Positions 19,349-29,316 of a stretch of DNA of 64,000 nucleotides are shown in pieces. The DNA lies in contig CAVRCF010000004.1 in the NCBI GenBank assembly GCA_963719505.1, forward strand, positions 192,001 to 256,000. The letters are read 5' to 3'. Within the stretch, counting starts at the first letter, position 1. The number at the start of each line of letters is the position of its first letter. The notes below the pieces were generated by a model. The model had not been told where the DNA came from and searched no databases. It saw only the letters and a list, made by a program, of their open reading frames with translations. The position numbers and the translations under genes are program-made. Source of the stretch: Halobacteriovoraceae bacterium (lineage in GTDB: Bacteria; Bdellovibrionota; Bacteriovoracia; Bacteriovoracales; Bacteriovoracaceae).

Positions 19349-21190
19349 ATGACAACGAAACCTAATTCTCAGCTGCCGCCGATCACTGATTGGCTACCTA
19401 TTACGATGAAAGACGCCCAAAAACGTGGGTGGGATGAGCTCGATGTTATTTTAGTAACAGGGGATGCTTACGTTGATCATCCAGCTTTTGGTGCCGCAGT
19501 GATCGGAAGAATTGTAGAGTCTTATGGCTTTAGAATAGCCATTATCCCTCAGCCAAATTGGCAAGATGATCTAAGGGATTTTAAAAAATTTGGTAAGCCT
19601 AAATATTTTTTTGGCGTTACGGCCGGAAATATGGACTCGATGGTTAATAAGTACACTGCCGGAAAGAGAAAGCGATCAAGTGATGCTTACACCCCAGGTG
19701 GAGATACAAACTTTAGACCAGATAATGCTTCAATTGTTTATACAAAAATTCTAAAAGAACTCTACCCTGATGTTCCCGTTTTAGTTGGGGGTGTAGAGGC
19801 AAGCCTTAGGCGAGTGACCCACTTTGATTACTGGGCGGATGAACTTAGACCAAATGTCTTGAGTCAATCAGGTGCCGACTTACTTGTTTATGGAATGGGA
19901 GAGCAACCACTTCGCGATCTTCTGAATCTTCTAAAAAAAGGTGTTCCTTTCGAATCTTTAAAAACAATACCTCAGACCGGTTTTCTTATGGACGCTGATG
20001 AAGATCTTCCTAAGAATAAGAATTGGAAATCTTTTGGGCTCAATTCCCACGAAGATTGCCTGCAGAGTAAAAAGAAATATGCCTTAAACTTTAGGTTTGT
20101 TGAAACTGAATCAAACAAACAAAATGCAAGGCGCCTCTATCAAAAAATTGGGGACAAGAAGCTTGTTATTAATCCTCCGTATAAAGTTATGTCAGAGAAG
20201 GAAGTGGATAAATCTTTTGATCTTCCCTACACAAGACTTCCTCATCCTAAATATAAGAACCGTGGAGCGATATCTGCTTTTGAGATGATAAAATTTTCTG
20301 TTAATATGCACAGAGGTTGTTTCGGTGGATGTAGTTTTTGTACGATATCGGCCCATCAAGGTAAACTTGTCGCCAGCCGCTCCAAAGAATCAATCATGAA
20401 AGAGGTTGATCAAATTACAAAAATGCACGACTTCAAAGGGTATTTAAGTGATCTAGGTGGTCCTTCGGCCAATATGTATCAGATGAAAGGTATCGATCAA
20501 AAGATGTGTGATAATTGCTCATTACCTTCTTGTATCTTTCCTACAATTTGTACCAATCTCGATACAGATCCCTCTAAAATGCTAGAGATCTACAGAGAGG
20601 TAAATGCCAAGCCAGAGATAAAGAAAGCCTTTGTCGGTTCAGGTCTTAGATACGACCTTATGCTCGATGAAAATTCAACTCATAAGAAAACTGATGCCGA
20701 ATATGTTGAACAGCTTATTACCCATCACGTATCGGGACGATTAAAAGTTGCACCTGAACACACCGAAGATAGAGTTCTCAATATGATGAGGAAACCATCT
20801 TTTGATATGTTCACGAAGTTTAAAGAGAGATTTGATGAAATATGTGAGAAGAAAAGTTTAAAGCAAGAACTTATTCCTTATTTTATTTCTTCTCATCCAG
20901 CTTGTGAGCCCGAAGATATGGCCAATCTCGCAGCTAAAACTAAAGCCTTGGGTTATAAGCTTGAGCAAATTCAAGACTTCACTCCAACACCGATGACCCT
21001 TGCGACAGTGATTTATTATTCTGGTTATAACCCTTACAATATGCAAAAAGTAAAAACGGCAATTAACTACGATGATAAATTAAAGCAACGAAAATTTTTC
21101 TTTTGGTATAAAGAAGAAAATAAAAACTTTATTAAGAATCACCTAGGAAAATTAAAGCGCTTTGATTTAACGAAAGATCTTTTTGGATGA
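19349..21190 (+). CDS. ygiQ: YgiQ family radical SAM protein
   Basis: GDAYVDHPAFG, AGNMDSMV, CFGGCSFC, LKVAPEH, QDFTPTPMT. Confidence 0.95.
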   Translation: MTTKPNSQLPPITDWLPITMKDAQKRGWDELDVILVTGDAYVDHPAFGAAVIGRIVESYGFRIAIIPQPNWQDDLRDFKKFGKPKYFFGVTAGNMDSMVNKYTAGKRKRSSDAYTPGGDTNFRPDNASIVYTKILKELYPDVPVLVGGVEASLRRVTHFDYWADELRPNVLSQSGADLLVYGMGEQPLRDLLNLLKKGVPFESLKTIPQTGFLMDADEDLPKNKNWKSFGLNSHEDCLQSKKKYALNFRFVETESNKQNARRLYQKIGDKKLVINPPYKVMSEKEVDKSFDLPYTRLPHPKYKNRGAISAFEMIKFSVNMHRGCFGGCSFCTISAHQGKLVASRSKESIMKEVDQITKMHDFKGYLSDLGGPSANMYQMKGIDQKMCDNCSLPSCIFPTICTNLDTDPSKMLEIYREVNAKPEIKKAFVGSGLRYDLMLDENSTHKKTDAEYVEQLITHHVSGRLKVAPEHTEDRVLNMMRKPSFDMFTKFKERFDEICEKKSLKQELIPYFISSHPACEPEDMANLAAKTKALGYKLEQIQDFTPTPMTLATVIYYSGYNPYNMQKVKTAINYDDKLKQRKFFFWYKEENKNFIKNHLGKLKRFDLTKDLFG

Positions 21191-22338
21191 AAGAGATTGT
21201 CGTTGTCGGTGGCGGAGTCGCAGGTCTCTTTCTTTCCTTGTTTCTCTTAAAAAAAAATATCAAAGTTCATTTGATTGAGAAAACGAGCTCACTTGGAAAG
21301 AAGTTTTTAGTTGCTGGAAAATCAGACCTTAATATTACAAATGATGAAGGTCTTGAATCATTTATAAATCGCTACTGTCCAGCTCAAGAAGAGACGATTC
21401 GCTCTTTTTCAAAAGATGATTTAACTCTCTTTCTCAAAGAAGAAATTGGCGTTGAGACTTTTGTTGGAACATCAGGGCGAGTCTTTCCAAAAGATATAAA
21501 AGCATCAAAAATTTTAAACCTCATCATTAAGAAATTAAAAGATCATCCAAACTTTAAGCTTTCATTAAAGACAAGCCTTGTGCGTTTCGATGATCATTCT
21601 ATTGAAACATCAAATGGTATGCTCTCAGATTTTGATGCTGCTGTTTTTTGTCTTGGAGGTGCTTCTTGGAAAGTGACCGGAAGCGATGGCCAGTGGAGAA
21701 AGACCTTCGAAGAGGCCGGAGTTAAAACGACTGAGTTTCAGCCCTCTAATTGCTCTATTGAGTTGGAGCTTTCGGACTTCTTTAAAAATAAAGTCAGCCA
21801 TCATCATATTAAAAATGTCTCACTGTCATGTGAAAACCATAAAGTTCAAGGAGACATAGTCTTTAACGGTAGTCATCTTGAGGGAACGCCGATTTATACC
21901 ATGTCCCGATTTTTTCGAAATAATAAAGAGGTTTATTTTAACTTTAAGCCTGACATGGAGATGAAAAAACTTAAAAACATAATAGAAAAAAGAGATCCTA
22001 AAAAGTCTATCGCAAGTTTTTTAAAGTCCTCTCTAAAACTAGATCCACTTCTGTACACTTTTTGGAGAGAGTTCCATGATCCAAAGACTATAAATAGTGA
22101 TCTTTTAAACCTTATAACTCATTCAACAATTCCAAAGTTTAAACTTGGTAAGTTAGATGAGGCCATCTCAACAGTTGGCGGGGTAGAGATGGGGGAAGTT
22201 GACGATCATTATAAACTAAAAGCATTTACAAGATATTACGCGATAGGTGAAATGCTAGATTGGGACACAATTACAGGTGGTTACCTAATCCAAGGGTGTA
22301 TTTCACAAGCTCATATTGTTTCTAGGGACCTTTCTTAA
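21187..22338 (+). CDS. HI0933/BaiN-family flavoprotein
   Basis: GGGVAG, GKKFLVAG, GTSGRVFP, LGGASW, AISTVGGV, GEMLDWD..TGGY. Confidence 0.92.
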   Translation: MKEIVVVGGGVAGLFLSLFLLKKNIKVHLIEKTSSLGKKFLVAGKSDLNITNDEGLESFINRYCPAQEETIRSFSKDDLTLFLKEEIGVETFVGTSGRVFPKDIKASKILNLIIKKLKDHPNFKLSLKTSLVRFDDHSIETSNGMLSDFDAAVFCLGGASWKVTGSDGQWRKTFEEAGVKTTEFQPSNCSIELELSDFFKNKVSHHHIKNVSLSCENHKVQGDIVFNGSHLEGTPIYTMSRFFRNNKEVYFNFKPDMEMKKLKNIIEKRDPKKSIASFLKSSLKLDPLLYTFWREFHDPKTINSDLLNLITHSTIPKFKLGKLDEAISTVGGVEMGEVDDHYKLKAFTRYYAIGEMLDWDTITGGYLIQGCISQAHIVSRDLS

Positions 22339-22525
22339 GTGAACTTAATACCCGTTCCAAAATTTAGTTTTATTCTGAAACACTTTGATCACTCAGGGGC
22401 TTGAGTAAAATTAAGCTTGAGGCTATAAAGCATCCCATAGGGAATTCCTTTAGGGGTAAGGGAATAAAAAAGAGAAGTCCATCGTTAGCACTCCCAAGAA
22501 TTTGAGACTGTTATGGACCTAAAAT

Positions 22526-22561
22526 AAAAAAGCCACTCGTTTTACCGAGTGGCTTTTTTTT
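22526..22561. terminator. Bidirectional Rho-independent terminator
   Basis: aaaaaagccactcg-tttac-cgagtggcttttttt between convergent genes. Confidence 0.88.
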
Positions 22562-22581
22562 ATCTTAAAAGCTCTTTCTTA

Positions 22582-23445
22582 TTAGTTTTTTGGAGCGTAC
22601 CAACAAAGTGATCTAACACCTTCAACGTCACCGTCTTTTCTGTTACAAGTTCCTTTGTTTGGATCTTTGTTATCCACGTCTTCATTCATGTCTTTGTCAC
22701 AAAGTGCAGCAGCAAAGTAAGTATCTAATCTACACTGTGCATGTGGGTGAGCACTATTTGTTCTCGATACTGTTGAAGTATCAGGCTTTGCAAAATCAGT
22801 AAGACCTGTGTTTCTTAAACTTCCAAGAAGATCAGCAGTTGACTTAGCGGCCATATTTGATCTGATACAAAGAGCAGCGTCTGCTTCGTTTGCAAAGACT
22901 TCGTTACATCTTTCAGTAACGATAGCTGGAACAGTGAGAGTCTTAATGAAAGCTACGTTATCTTCAGATCCATATACTTTTCTAAAACACTTTAAGTTTG
23001 CAAAATAATCTGACTGACCTTCATTAGATGCCCATCTATTAAAGAATCCACCAACTTTTGGAGCTCCACCTAGGTGATGTCCCATTTCGTGACACATAAC
23101 AATAGCAAATCCGTCTTTTGTTATAAGATCATGTCTTGCAAGACCACCATACATATTAACGATTACTTTTGATCCACTTCTCTGAGCAGATGCGTTAACT
23201 GTTCCGCTATCCCATTTTCTATTTACTTGAAATCTGTCACCGTTTGCTTTAATGATTGGCTCGTATACTGCGCTAATTTCATCAATAACCTGATTAAATA
23301 CTGTTTCGTCTATTCCATTAATACTTTTCTGTGAGGTTGGAATATTCATATCATTTTCTGGAGCAAATCCACCAGAACCATCAATATTACAAGCTAAAGA
23401 AGAAAAAGAGTACGCGAGTACTAATCCTAAAATCCATTTTTTCAT
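22582..23445 (-). CDS. Secreted zinc metallopeptidase (HEXXH, M48-like)
   Basis: Start MKKWILG with SD aagga; VNASA, CHEMGHH, EGQSDYF and HP..QCR motifs; many Cys. Confidence 0.8.
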   Translation of the reverse strand: MKKWILGLVLAYSFSSLACNIDGSGGFAPENDMNIPTSQKSINGIDETVFNQVIDEISAVYEPIIKANGDRFQVNRKWDSGTVNASAQRSGSKVIVNMYGGLARHDLITKDGFAIVMCHEMGHHLGGAPKVGGFFNRWASNEGQSDYFANLKCFRKVYGSEDNVAFIKTLTVPAIVTERCNEVFANEADAALCIRSNMAAKSTADLLGSLRNTGLTDFAKPDTSTVSRTNSAHPHAQCRLDTYFAAALCDKDMNEDVDNKDPNKGTCNRKDGDVEGVRSLCWYAPKN

Positions 23446-23540
23446 TAAACAATCCTTTGTTTTTCGATTAGTGTTATAGAAAAATGCTAGCAACATATTT
23501 ACAGCTTGAGAATAGATGTAAGAATCTTTTGGAAAAATAA

Positions 23541-23852
23541 ATGAATGAGATATCAGTTGAACAATTAGAAAAAGAATTAAAAAAAGAAAATACCTATCTA
23601 TTAGATGTCCGAAACCCCGATGAATACGCCTATTGCAATATTGGTGGCATAAATATTCCCCTTGGCATATTAGAGGATCATTATAGTCAGATACCTTCGG
23701 GGGCAAGGATCCTTTGCCTGTGCCATCATGGAGTTCGCTCTAAAGTCGCGCAAGACTTTTTGTTTTCCCTTGGGTATAATGATGTTTTAAATATTACCGG
23801 CGGCATCGACGCTTGGAGTATGAGAGTAGATAGTACAGTGAAACGTTATTAA
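23541..23852 (+). CDS. Rhodanese-like sulfurtransferase
   Basis: LLDVRNPDE, CHHGVRS, GGIDAWS. Confidence 0.92.
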   Translation: MNEISVEQLEKELKKENTYLLDVRNPDEYAYCNIGGINIPLGILEDHYSQIPSGARILCLCHHGVRSKVAQDFLFSLGYNDVLNITGGIDAWSMRVDSTVKRY

Positions 23853-23861
23853 GGGTTTATT

Positions 23862-24083
23862 ATGGCTAGGTGTAAATATTGTAGTAAAGAGATTGTTTGG
23901 ATGCAGGAGGGGAGAAAGAAGGTTCCTGTTGAAGTGGATGGAGTTAAGCACGAATGTGATGAATTTAAGAATTCAGTGAAGTCCGCAAGAAAAGTTGAAA
24001 TTCATGATGTCGATCCAGATATACTGGCACAGTACCAGGCTAATCTCAAAGCAAGTATCGCAAAAAAGAAATCTAAAAAGTGA
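23862..24083 (+). CDS. Small hypothetical CCHC zinc-finger protein
   Basis: CKYC...IVW...PVE....HEC; basic tail. Confidence 0.7.
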   Translation: MARCKYCSKEIVWMQEGRKKVPVEVDGVKHECDEFKNSVKSARKVEIHDVDPDILAQYQANLKASIAKKKSKK

Positions 24084-24529
24084 ATATTATAAAAGTAGAG
24101 TCGCAAGAATATGTCGAGTTTATTGCGAGCTCTCAAGTCTCTATGGCCAAAGAAACTGAAGACTATGCTCTCGATTTTGAGACCGTTAAGTTGGGTGTTC
24201 AAGCAGTGATAAAAGACCCTCGAAAGGGTTGTTATTATATCTCTTTGATCGATGGAGTTCCGGTTGCTTGCCTTTTGACCGTGACCGAGTGGAGTGACTG
24301 GAGAAATAAGACCGTTTTGTGGATTCATTCCGTCTATGTCGATCAAGCACACAGAAATAAATCAATTTATAAAAGGATGTATGCTTTTATCAAAGAGATT
24401 GTGGAGTCCACAGATGATCTTGCAGGAATTAGGCTTTATGTAGATAAAAGCAATTCTAATGCTTCAAAAGTGTACAAAAAGCTAGGTATGGAATCTGAGC
24501 ATTATCACCTGTTTGAATGGCTAAAGTGA
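24080..24529 (+). CDS. GNAT family N-acetyltransferase
   Basis: EWSDWRN, WIHSVYV..AHR, RLYV..SN..A..VY.KLGM. Confidence 0.9.
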   Translation: MNIIKVESQEYVEFIASSQVSMAKETEDYALDFETVKLGVQAVIKDPRKGCYYISLIDGVPVACLLTVTEWSDWRNKTVLWIHSVYVDQAHRNKSIYKRMYAFIKEIVESTDDLAGIRLYVDKSNSNASKVYKKLGMESEHYHLFEWLK

Positions 24530-24629
24530 GCCCTTTAAGTCCAGATAAGCGGTAAATTTTTTAGAGTGCGTTGTGCTACGCGAAGTTTTGTGATTAATCC
24601 AGAGGATACAAACTTTAAGGAGCCCCAAA

Positions 24630-25304
24630 ATGAAGACAAAACTGTAATCAACACTATTTCTCGCTTGGACTTTCATCTTTCAAAACGTCGCTTTTGCTAT
24701 GAAGCCAATTGAGGTAAGTTCTCAATCTGATTTGAACAAATTAAAATCACAGAAAATCATCGATAAAATTTCTAAAAACTACAACGAGTTGTCCGTTTCT
24801 AAAAAGTTAAGACTTTTGAAAAGAACTGAAAGACGTCTGTCTAAAGGTGTACGTAAGCTTGATAGAATGAGTGAGACAAAATTTCAAAAGAAGTTTCATT
24901 CAATGCTTGAGAACAAAAAAGCGACTAACAAGGTTACTGAACTCGACAGCGAAGAGTGTGCAATCCTAAAAGGAATTGACACTAATACTAATATGGGAAA
25001 TGTCTCTGCAGATAAATTTCTCTTTACTCAAAAAATTGAGGAGTCAATCTTTTCAATCAGAGAAGAGATGGACACTTTAAAGAAAGGTGAAAAGAAACTA
25101 ACAGTAACTAGTGCTGTGATTTACGGTCTTATTGCTGGTCTTGTTGTTCTTTCCTTCTTCTCTTCAACAGCTTTAGTCATACTAGGTATTGTTCTTATTG
25201 CTTTTGTTGCTTTATTCTCATTAGTTTTGTTAGTGGGATTAGCGTTTGCGGAAGTTCTGGGAAATATTGTTGGGCAGATGAAAATGGATGAGCAGTTAAA
25301 CTAA
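24630..25304 (+). pseudogene. Exported/membrane hypothetical protein with an in-frame stop in the signal peptide
   Basis: SD aggag and ATG 24630 are in frame with ORF 24699; reads MKTKL*STLFLAWTFIFQNVAFA-MKP with TAA at 24645-24647. Confidence 0.65.
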
Positions 25305-25327
25305 AAATAAATTATCTTTTACTCTTT

Positions 25328-25360
25328 AAAAAAAAGGCTTCCTCAATGGAAGCCTTTTTT
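25328..25360. terminator. Bidirectional terminator
   Basis: aaaaaggcttcc-tcaat-ggaagcctttttt. Confidence 0.85.
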
Positions 25361-25622
25361 ATTTTGTTAGATTTAAAAACTCATATCGATCTATTTCAAG
25401 GTCACCATTTCGGTCGATCTTATTAAAAGCTCTAATCATTGCAACCTTTGTGGCGATGTTTAATTCACTTTTAGGTGTCAACTTTGTCGCAGACGCCACG
25501 AACTCGTTAATTCCCATATCCTTGGTCGCCACTTTAGAGTAGTCATGTTTTTCAGACGCTGATGCCTGACTGATATGGACGATCGCTAAACCTAAAATTA
25601 AAAATTGAATAACCTTTGCCAT
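25359..25622 (-). CDS. Small secreted EF-hand protein
   Basis: SD gagg; signal peptide MAKVIQFLILGLAIVHISQASA; EF loop DRNGDLEIDRYE. Confidence 0.75.
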   Translation of the reverse strand: MAKVIQFLILGLAIVHISQASASEKHDYSKVATKDMGINEFVASATKLTPKSELNIATKVAMIRAFNKIDRNGDLEIDRYEFLNLTK

Positions 25623-25676
25623 ATTAACCTCTTTTTTTTCCCCGCATAAATTTTGGTTCGGGGATATGTATAGAGT

Positions 25677-25693
25677 AGCAAGCTTGATGCCAA
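25677..25693 (-). promoter_or_regulatory. sigma54 -24/-12 promoter
   Basis: TTGGCATCAAGCTTGCT matches YTGGCACG-N4-TTGCW with exact GG-N10-GC spacing. Confidence 0.7.
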
Positions 25694-25775
25694 CATATAG
25701 GGCCCAAATTAAGCTCCTGCGGTGGCAAAATAACACTTTTGGTGCCAGGTATAGGCACAAAGACTCCAGTTGAGT

Positions 25776-28061
25776 CTATTTGATAGGATTTTTATGCTCT
25801 TTTTTATCGGCCAATGCCAAAAGAGCAGGAAGGAAAAGAAGGTCAGTTAAGAGGGCAAATGTGAGGACCAGGGCACAAAGTATACCAAAGTATCTATTAG
25901 GTAAAAAATCGGCCATAACAAAGCTTCCAAAGCCCACCACAAGCAGTGCCGTCGTAAGTATAAGAGCTTTCCCCGTAGATTGAAATGTCTGATCGAGAGC
26001 TTCGGCCGTGGAGCCAAGTGTCTTTTTGTTCTGCACATAATGAGTGACAAAGTGGATGGTATCATCGACGGCGATGCCAAGACAGATGGCTGCGACGATG
26101 CTCGTACCAATATCAATATAGATATTATTTAAGGCCATATAAGCTGCCCCAAAGAAAAGGGGGATAATATTTGGAAGCATGGATAAAAAAGAGAGATAAA
26201 AATCTTTAAAGACTATGAGGATAATAAGACTTACCAAGACGATGGCCATTGTCATAGATCTAAAAAAGGAATCGACGACCTTATCATTGACCTGAGCGTA
26301 GATGGGAAAAAAACCACCAGTCTTTGTTTCTAGTCCATAGCTTTGGGCCAATTGATGAATTTCTTTATCCTTAATAAGGCCTTCTCTGGTCGTTTCCATG
26401 GTCCAGTTTATCTTCATTTTTAGATACCGTTGATCTAATGAGACGATGTTTTCTAAGCCTTGGTTGGGGGGAAGTCCCATTGAATAAAGCACCAAAGCTT
26501 CTGCAACTTTTTCTTTTGAGTCAGGCAATGAGTTAAACTTCGATTCACCTCGATTAAGCTTTAAGTTGATTTGTTTTAAGGTATCGATAATGGATGTAAC
26601 CTGCTTGATCTCATCATCTGCTTTAAGCTTGTTGGTAAAGGCTTCAACATTTTTTAAAAAATCTGTATCCTTAATACCATTTTCTTTGCCTGAGTCTATT
26701 TCAATTTCGATGCCTCGAACTCCAGGAAAGAATTTTTTTACAAAAAGGTAGTCTTTCTTTATCTTCGTATTTTTTTCAAAGTAAGCTAAGGGGTCAGAGT
26801 TGACTTCATTATCTAGTGCCGTAATAAAACTTCCTATAGAGACAAATGTAAAAGCGATAACGATGGGGATTTTAAACCGCCATATAAAATTCGAAAAAGT
26901 ACTTGTTGCAGCCCCTTTACTTTTTGTAGAGTACTTTCTTTCGATGAGTTTATTAGGGGCGAGTAAAATAATGCCCGGGAGAGTGAGAAAGGTGAAGAGC
27001 CAAGCCAGAAAAGTACCAATTGCTGAGAGGATTCCTAAGTCGTGGATGGGCGTTAATTCCGTAAAGGAGATCGTAAAAAAAGATATCCCTGTCGTTATAG
27101 AGGTCAAAATAGTCGCAAGGTAATTTTTATTCATTGCAATCTCTATTGCTTTTTTCTTTTCAATACCCTGTTCGAATTGATTGTAAAAAGAAGAGAGTAT
27201 ATGAATAGTGTCAGCGAGGCAGATTGCGATCAAGATACCTGGGATAGCTGCTAAGATTGAATTGAACTGAAAGCCGATATGCCCTAAAACACCAAAGGTG
27301 GAGACAATTGTTAATCCTGAAATAAATAAAGGAGCCATCACCCCTATAAAAGAGCGAAAGGTTAAAATGAGGATAATAAAAATGAGAAGAAACATGATGG
27401 GAATAGTTCGAAAATTGTCCGTCTTAGATATTTCTCTAAAAGCATATGTTACAGGCACATTTCCAAGAGCTGTAAATCTATTATCTTCATTTTCGTATTT
27501 ACTCTTTAATTTTTGAAAGGCTTCCATAACTGTGGAGTAGTCTGGTGATTTATCGAAAACTGGTTTTAGATTGGCAAAAAAGATGACAAAATTATAATCC
27601 CTGGAGATGAGATTATCTTTAAGTTCATCCAAACCTTTTATATCTTTAATTATGGTCTCAATATCTTTTGTGTCGTCCACAAGCGGAGAGATCTCTATAT
27701 CATCGCCAACAGTTTTAATATTATTAAAATTTGTAATTGAATCAACTCTAATGACCGAGGGTAAAAGCCAGATCTCATCAGTAATTTTTTTGAGTTCTTC
27801 CAAAACGATAGGGCTTAAGAGTTTTGTTTTTGAATAATATCCTATGGCTATATTTTGATCGCCGCCAAATCTTCTTTCAAATGAGTTGAGTGATTCAATC
27901 TGAGGAGAGTCAGGATCGAACCAAATTCTAGGAGTAAAATTACTTTTTATGCCCAAAGCACCATACGAGAGCGCCAAGAACGACATAAAGCCTATTAAGA
28001 GCGTTAACTTTGGCCTATTTATTATATTCGAGATAAAATAGATTTTGAAGCGATTGAACAT
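25776..28061 (-). CDS. MMPL/RND-family transporter
   Basis: Two halves of 1+5 TM segments with periplasmic loops; ICLADTIH and GIAVDDTIHF motifs. Confidence 0.92.
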   Translation of the reverse strand: MFNRFKIYFISNIINRPKLTLLIGFMSFLALSYGALGIKSNFTPRIWFDPDSPQIESLNSFERRFGGDQNIAIGYYSKTKLLSPIVLEELKKITDEIWLLPSVIRVDSITNFNNIKTVGDDIEISPLVDDTKDIETIIKDIKGLDELKDNLISRDYNFVIFFANLKPVFDKSPDYSTVMEAFQKLKSKYENEDNRFTALGNVPVTYAFREISKTDNFRTIPIMFLLIFIILILTFRSFIGVMAPLFISGLTIVSTFGVLGHIGFQFNSILAAIPGILIAICLADTIHILSSFYNQFEQGIEKKKAIEIAMNKNYLATILTSITTGISFFTISFTELTPIHDLGILSAIGTFLAWLFTFLTLPGIILLAPNKLIERKYSTKSKGAATSTFSNFIWRFKIPIVIAFTFVSIGSFITALDNEVNSDPLAYFEKNTKIKKDYLFVKKFFPGVRGIEIEIDSGKENGIKDTDFLKNVEAFTNKLKADDEIKQVTSIIDTLKQINLKLNRGESKFNSLPDSKEKVAEALVLYSMGLPPNQGLENIVSLDQRYLKMKINWTMETTREGLIKDKEIHQLAQSYGLETKTGGFFPIYAQVNDKVVDSFFRSMTMAIVLVSLIILIVFKDFYLSFLSMLPNIIPLFFGAAYMALNNIYIDIGTSIVAAICLGIAVDDTIHFVTHYVQNKKTLGSTAEALDQTFQSTGKALILTTALLVVGFGSFVMADFLPNRYFGILCALVLTFALLTDLLFLPALLALADKKEHKNPIK

Positions 28062-28075
28062 AGGTTATTTATAAT

Positions 28076-28462
28076 ATGGAAATAGATAAAAGAATATTAA
28101 AAGATTCCACTTTTCTCAAAGGTCTAGGGCTTTGTCAGCTTAGGCTGTATAAAGATGGTGATCTCGACTGGTTTTTGCTCGTGCCTCAAAGAGAAAATAT
28201 TGTTGATTGGACCGATTTGACGGCCAAAGAGCAACAAGTTCTGACAACAGAAATAAATTATGTTTGCACCCTTTTAAAAAAGTATTCTAAACCAGATAAA
28301 ATTAATATTGGCACCCTCGGTAATATGGTTCCTCAGATGCATGTTCACATCATCGCTCGGATGAAGAACGATCGAGCGTGGCCTGGACCTATTTGGGGAA
28401 CAAAGACATTAAAAAACTATCAACCCTTTATGGCAGAGATATGGTCGAGACGATTGAATTAA
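28076..28462 (+). CDS. HIT family protein
   Basis: KINIGTLGNMVPQMHVHIIAR..DRAWPGPIW. Confidence 0.92.
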   Translation: MEIDKRILKDSTFLKGLGLCQLRLYKDGDLDWFLLVPQRENIVDWTDLTAKEQQVLTTEINYVCTLLKKYSKPDKINIGTLGNMVPQMHVHIIARMKNDRAWPGPIWGTKTLKNYQPFMAEIWSRRLN

Positions 28463-28875
28463 AAAAAACTATTTGTCATAGAATTATTGAAAAACTTGAA
28501 GCGGACCTCGTGGGGATGAGTAATGCCCAAAAAGCTGCGACACAACAGGCGCAATCAGAAGACTTTAAATCTGAGAGTAAGTGGGACACAAGGGCCATTG
28601 AGGCTGGGTACCTGGCCGGTGCACAAATTAAAAGAGTCAAAGAACTCGAAATTGAGATCGCGACTTTAAGATCTTTAAAAAACTCAGTGCGACAACTTGA
28701 TGAGGTCAATATAGGGGCCTTAGTTGAAGCTAGTGGAAATATCTATTTTTTGACCTCCCAGTCTGGAGGCTTTAAAGTAGAAGTTAAAGGCAAGATATAC
28801 TCAGTCATAAGTATTAAATCGCCTATCGCAATCAAACTTATAGAAGAAGAGATTGAAATAACTAATATAAAATAG
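28441..28875 (+). CDS. GreA/GreB-like protein
   Basis: ESKWDTRAIEAGYLA.AQ, IGALV, VISIKSPIA. Confidence 0.75.
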   Translation: MVETIELKKTICHRIIEKLEADLVGMSNAQKAATQQAQSEDFKSESKWDTRAIEAGYLAGAQIKRVKELEIEIATLRSLKNSVRQLDEVNIGALVEASGNIYFLTSQSGGFKVEVKGKIYSVISIKSPIAIKLIEEEIEITNIK

Positions 28876-28892
28876 ATTAGGGAGAAATAACC

Positions 28893-29186
28893 ATGAGTGA
28901 AGACGTAGAATTTGATTTTTCCAATGAAATTCAAAAGGGAAGATGGGAGCTACTAGAGGATCATTACAAAAGAGAAACTGTTTTTATTGTAAAAGATCCC
29001 CTTGATCTGCAAACTGTAGGGCATTGCCTTGCTAAAGATCAAGTCAATATTCTCAAAATTTGGCTCGATAATAAAGAGGTTGTTAAGTTAGAAGAAGATT
29101 CTATTGCGCCCCTTGTTAAAAATCCAAAGGCAGAGCTATTCGATTTTTTGATCGTTCAACCTTTTATTTTAATAAAGTTTCATTAA
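28893..29186 (+). CDS. DUF2288 family protein
   Basis: W..L..H..R, LDL..VG..LA.D, IVQPFILI. Confidence 0.85.
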   Translation: MSEDVEFDFSNEIQKGRWELLEDHYKRETVFIVKDPLDLQTVGHCLAKDQVNILKIWLDNKEVVKLEEDSIAPLVKNPKAELFDFLIVQPFILIKFH

Positions 29187-29316
29187 CTTAGAGACTATAA
29201 GTCATTTTGGCTCCTTGCGATGCGACAAAATGTAAGTCTTCTAGACTTTACACACTAGCTCCTACGTCATAAATATACCTGATTAGAATACTCATTCAAA
29301 GCACTAGGAGGCTAGT

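Noticed and set aside
22485-22512. CIRCE (HrcA) element
   Set aside because: Only the left arm TTAGCACTC is present; the right arm does not match GAGTGCTAA at N9, and no heat-shock gene follows
23446-23706. N-terminal extension of the 374-aa ORF 22582..23706
   Set aside because: Overlaps the rhodanese gene on the opposite strand; the SD and signal peptide indicate a start at 23445
25623-25760. N-terminal extension of ORF 25359..25760
   Set aside because: The region holds the sigma54 promoter; the SD and signal peptide indicate a start at 25622
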